This document shows, piece by piece, positions 61,651-64,000 of a stretch of DNA of 64,000 nt. How positions within the stretch are numbered: the stretch's first letter is position 1; each line of letters begins with the position of its first letter. The stretch is from the IMG/VR virus record IMGVR_UViG_3300027741_000022, positions 123,645-187,644 of that record; one strand, 5' to 3'. A program made the translations under genes and the position numbers. The notes under the pieces are model-generated. The model saw nothing but the letters and a program-made list of their open reading frames with translations. It did not search any database and had not been told where the DNA came from. This DNA comes from a virus.

Positions 61651-62765
61651 AAAACTGTATTTGTATGGTAAAAAGAAAACTATAAGCTGTTTCTGTATAA
61701 TATCCCCTGGGGGTAATATTATAAAATTGCCCCAGAAACTAGATCTGTACAGTAAAGAAAAAAGAAAAAATGCCATTCTTTATAATATCCCGGGGGTAAT
61801 ATATAAAAGTTTTGATGCGAAATTGAGATTTGTACAGTAAAGAAAAAAGAATAAGTGTGTCTGATCCATAATATAATATAAAGTTTTGATGCGAAATTGA
61901 GATTTGTACAGTAAAGAAAAAACTAGAAGTGTGTTTTTATCTCTAATAGTCAACCAACTTGCCTGTTGTTCAAAACTTTGTGATCAAAACTGTTTCTGTA
62001 ACATAAAGAAAAAGATGAATGTTTGTCCTGATCCATAATATAATATAAAGTTCTGATGCGAAATTGAGATTTGTACAGTAAAGAAAAAAGAAAAAATGCC
62101 ATTCTTTATATATTACCCCCGGGGATATAATAAAAATTCAGAAGAAAAACTGTATCTATACGGTAAAGAGAAAAGAATAGTTTGAAAAGTTTTAAAAGCT
62201 CCGGATCTTATTTTAAAGATTTCCAAAGAAAACTAGATTTGTACGATAAAGAGAAAACAAGAAACTTGTTCCGGCTTTGTAGGTTAAAAGTTTTAAACGT
62301 TTTAAAACCGGAAACTAGATCTGTACCATAAAGAAAAAACAAGAAACACTTTTTCCAGATTATCTCCGGATAAAAATAATTTTATATGAAGGCGAAAACT
62401 GTATTTGTACAATAAAGATAAAAAAACATCCCAATATTTCTTGGGTTGTTCCCTGATTTATTTGGGGCTGCAGGTATAGGCGATCTGTGAAAACTGTATC
62501 TGTACGATAAAAAATAAAAATACGATTCGTTCTTCTATTCCCCTGGGGTTATATTATAAAACTGCTCGCGAAACTAGATCTGTACCATAAAGAAAAAAAC
62601 AGAAAATAAAATATATTCTCCGCCCGTAAAAATTTTATTTTATTCTAGCGGGAAACTAGATCTGTACGGTAAAGAAAAAGAAAAAAACGAATTATTTATT
62701 TTTACCCCCAGGGGGTAAAAATAAATATACGATCACGAAACTAGATCTGTACCATAAAGAAAAAG
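61651..62765 (+). repeat. array of 14 direct repeats (~27 bp) at ~83-bp periodicity; candidate origin/iteron locus
   Basis: AAACTAGATCTGTACnRTAAAGAAAA variants starting near 61651, 61735, 61819, 61893, 61985, 62060, 62146, 62228, 62311, 62394, 62489, 62570, 62652, 62737. Confidence 0.85.
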
Positions 62766-62773
62766 AAATTACG

Positions 62774-62791
62774 AACTGTTCGTGGTACGCT
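62774..62791 (+). promoter_or_regulatory. GGTACGCT element at the end of the repeat array
   Basis: aactgttcgtGGTACGCT upstream of the resumed early-gene run. Confidence 0.65.
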
Positions 62792-62833
62792 ATGCTGCTG
62801 TGGGAGAAACAAATAAGAGTAAGGAGCACCCAG

Positions 62834-63052
62834 ATGGCTACTGTGATTGTTGGCGATAACATTCAAAGGGCTCGTTTGCTGGTTATCAAATCGGGTCTTA
62901 AACTGGAAGCAGTTGGCATGAAGTGCAGGATTAGTGCTGCTCCAATTGCCAGAACGATTCTTGCTAAGGCTGGTGTGTTAAAGCCTGCTCGTAATAAGCA
63001 GCGACTTCTTGAACAGTTTACCGATTATCTTAACAATGGGGGATTGGACTAA
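62834..63052 (+). CDS. basic hypothetical early protein
   Basis: AAGGAG SD; RARL..IKSGLKLE..GMK; RLLEQF near the C-terminus. Confidence 0.8.
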   Translation: MATVIVGDNIQRARLLVIKSGLKLEAVGMKCRISAAPIARTILAKAGVLKPARNKQRLLEQFTDYLNNGGLD

Positions 63053-63357
63053 TGAAACTTTCATTTAGTGCTTATTGTGGAATGAGTTACGATATTAGTG
63101 GTGATGATAGGGCGGCTGCTGCAAGGTTTATTAAGGCTCGTCGTAAAAATGGGCAACGTGTTGTCAAGCTGCGGGCGAATCGTTGGGAATGTCAAGAACC
63201 TGAAAACTGCTCTATGATTCCTGACACTGCTGGTATATTGTGTCTTGACGATGAAGATGATTTCGAGGATGATGACGATGATGATTATTTGGATGAAGCT
63301 GAATACTGGCAAAATGAAAATGAGGATATGAGAGATGACGGCGATGAAGAAGAATAA
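63052..63357 (+). CDS. hypothetical protein with acidic tail
   Basis: TAATG coupling; D/E-rich C-terminus. Confidence 0.75.
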   Translation: MKLSFSAYCGMSYDISGDDRAAAARFIKARRKNGQRVVKLRANRWECQEPENCSMIPDTAGILCLDDEDDFEDDDDDDYLDEAEYWQNENEDMRDDGDEEE

Positions 63358-63479
63358 ATTGCTACGATCATTAAAAAAGAAACTTGACAAAATATGCAAA
63401 ATTGAAGAAATTACGCCGGAACGCTTCAGTCAATTTGTGGAAGTTCTAGCCGAATTTAAAAACTTATTAAGGAACTCAC

Positions 63480-63791
63480 ATGACAACTGAATTACTCGCT
63501 ACATTTGAAGATGTTCAAAACATTATTGTTGTTGGACGGCGTTGGTTTGAAAAGACTAATGGCAACACTTACCATAGTGCTGAAATCTATGTGAACGGGC
63601 GTATGGTTCATAAGATTGGATTTACTTATGGCTATGGAGCGCAGTATGAATGGAACGCTTTTGAATGGCTTATGAAGAACGGTTATATCAAGACTCTTCC
63701 TTATAGATGTTGCCCTAGCACTTACTGTAGGCATCACGGTATTGTTTGGAACACAACCGTAACTGATGTTAAGAGAAAGAAGGATCTATGA
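63480..63791 (+). CDS. conserved phage hypothetical protein with LLxTF N-terminus
   Basis: MTTELLATFED; GRRWF.K.NGNTYHS...FTYGYG.QY. Confidence 0.8.
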   Translation: MTTELLATFEDVQNIIVVGRRWFEKTNGNTYHSAEIYVNGRMVHKIGFTYGYGAQYEWNAFEWLMKNGYIKTLPYRCCPSTYCRHHGIVWNTTVTDVKRKKDL

Positions 63792-64000
63792 ATTATTACA
63801 TCGAGAAGCATGATATGGGTAATATTCTGGATGCACTCGAAACATATATTGAGATGTGTGAGAAACAAATTGAGACAAATGCAGGAGGGCGATGCTTACT
63901 TCAGGATATTCTGGGGAATAGCAAAAATCTTAGAGGGCGATTGCTAAAGGAACTCAAAAATGAATGACTTTGATTACAATGCTGATTACTTCTACTACTA

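Noticed and set aside
61651-62765. CRISPR array
   Set aside because: Repeats are degenerate along the whole array. Spacers are about 55 nt, AT-rich and partly copies of each other, and no cas gene is in the window.
63260-63350. GATGAC/GATGAT microsatellite
   Set aside because: Explained by the Asp/Glu-rich coding tail of the 63052 gene.
1-64000. Stop-codon reassignment (alternative genetic code)
   Set aside because: Standard-code ORFs tile the window with tight overlaps and intact domains; TAA, TAG and TGA all end genes at sensible boundaries.

Overview
AT-rich, gene-dense segment of a large, probably jumbo, dsDNA phage genome in the standard genetic code. No capsid, terminase or polymerase hallmark gene lies in the window. 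T4-like traits are visible: TATAAATA-type late promoters and N-termini resembling the T4 capsid-targeting sequence. A DUF2294/MpsC gene beginning MKTQGE hints at a Planctomycetota host (inference). Layout: (1) 1-36 kb holds about 100 small + strand early-type genes, punctuated by a recurring GGTACGCT promoter-like element. It includes a TilS-like enzyme, an acyl carrier protein, a methyltransferase, a PcfJ-domain protein, three HTH paralogs, GroES, a tRNA(CAT) split by a 222-nt group I intron, tRNA-Arg(TCT) and an HNH nuclease. (2) 36-61 kb holds late or virion-type genes: two 5xFN3 + leishmanolysin-like metalloproteases, a glycosyltransferase, seven large paralogous putative head-packaged proteins, and nine copies of a 13-aa leader (MEEEIIYSNIQAK) fused to hypervariable, mostly Cys-rich cargos. 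(3) 61.3-62.8 kb is non-coding, with tandem GC hairpins and 14 repeats phased at about 83 bp (candidate origin or partition locus); early genes resume after it. The most striking unexplained signals are the leader/Cys-cargo family, a short peptide motif (K)KLLx[S/T/A]F[D/E/V] shared by about 20 unrelated early proteins, the phased repeat array, and the intron-tRNA(CAT)/TilS pairing. All calls were made by eye; no searches were run.
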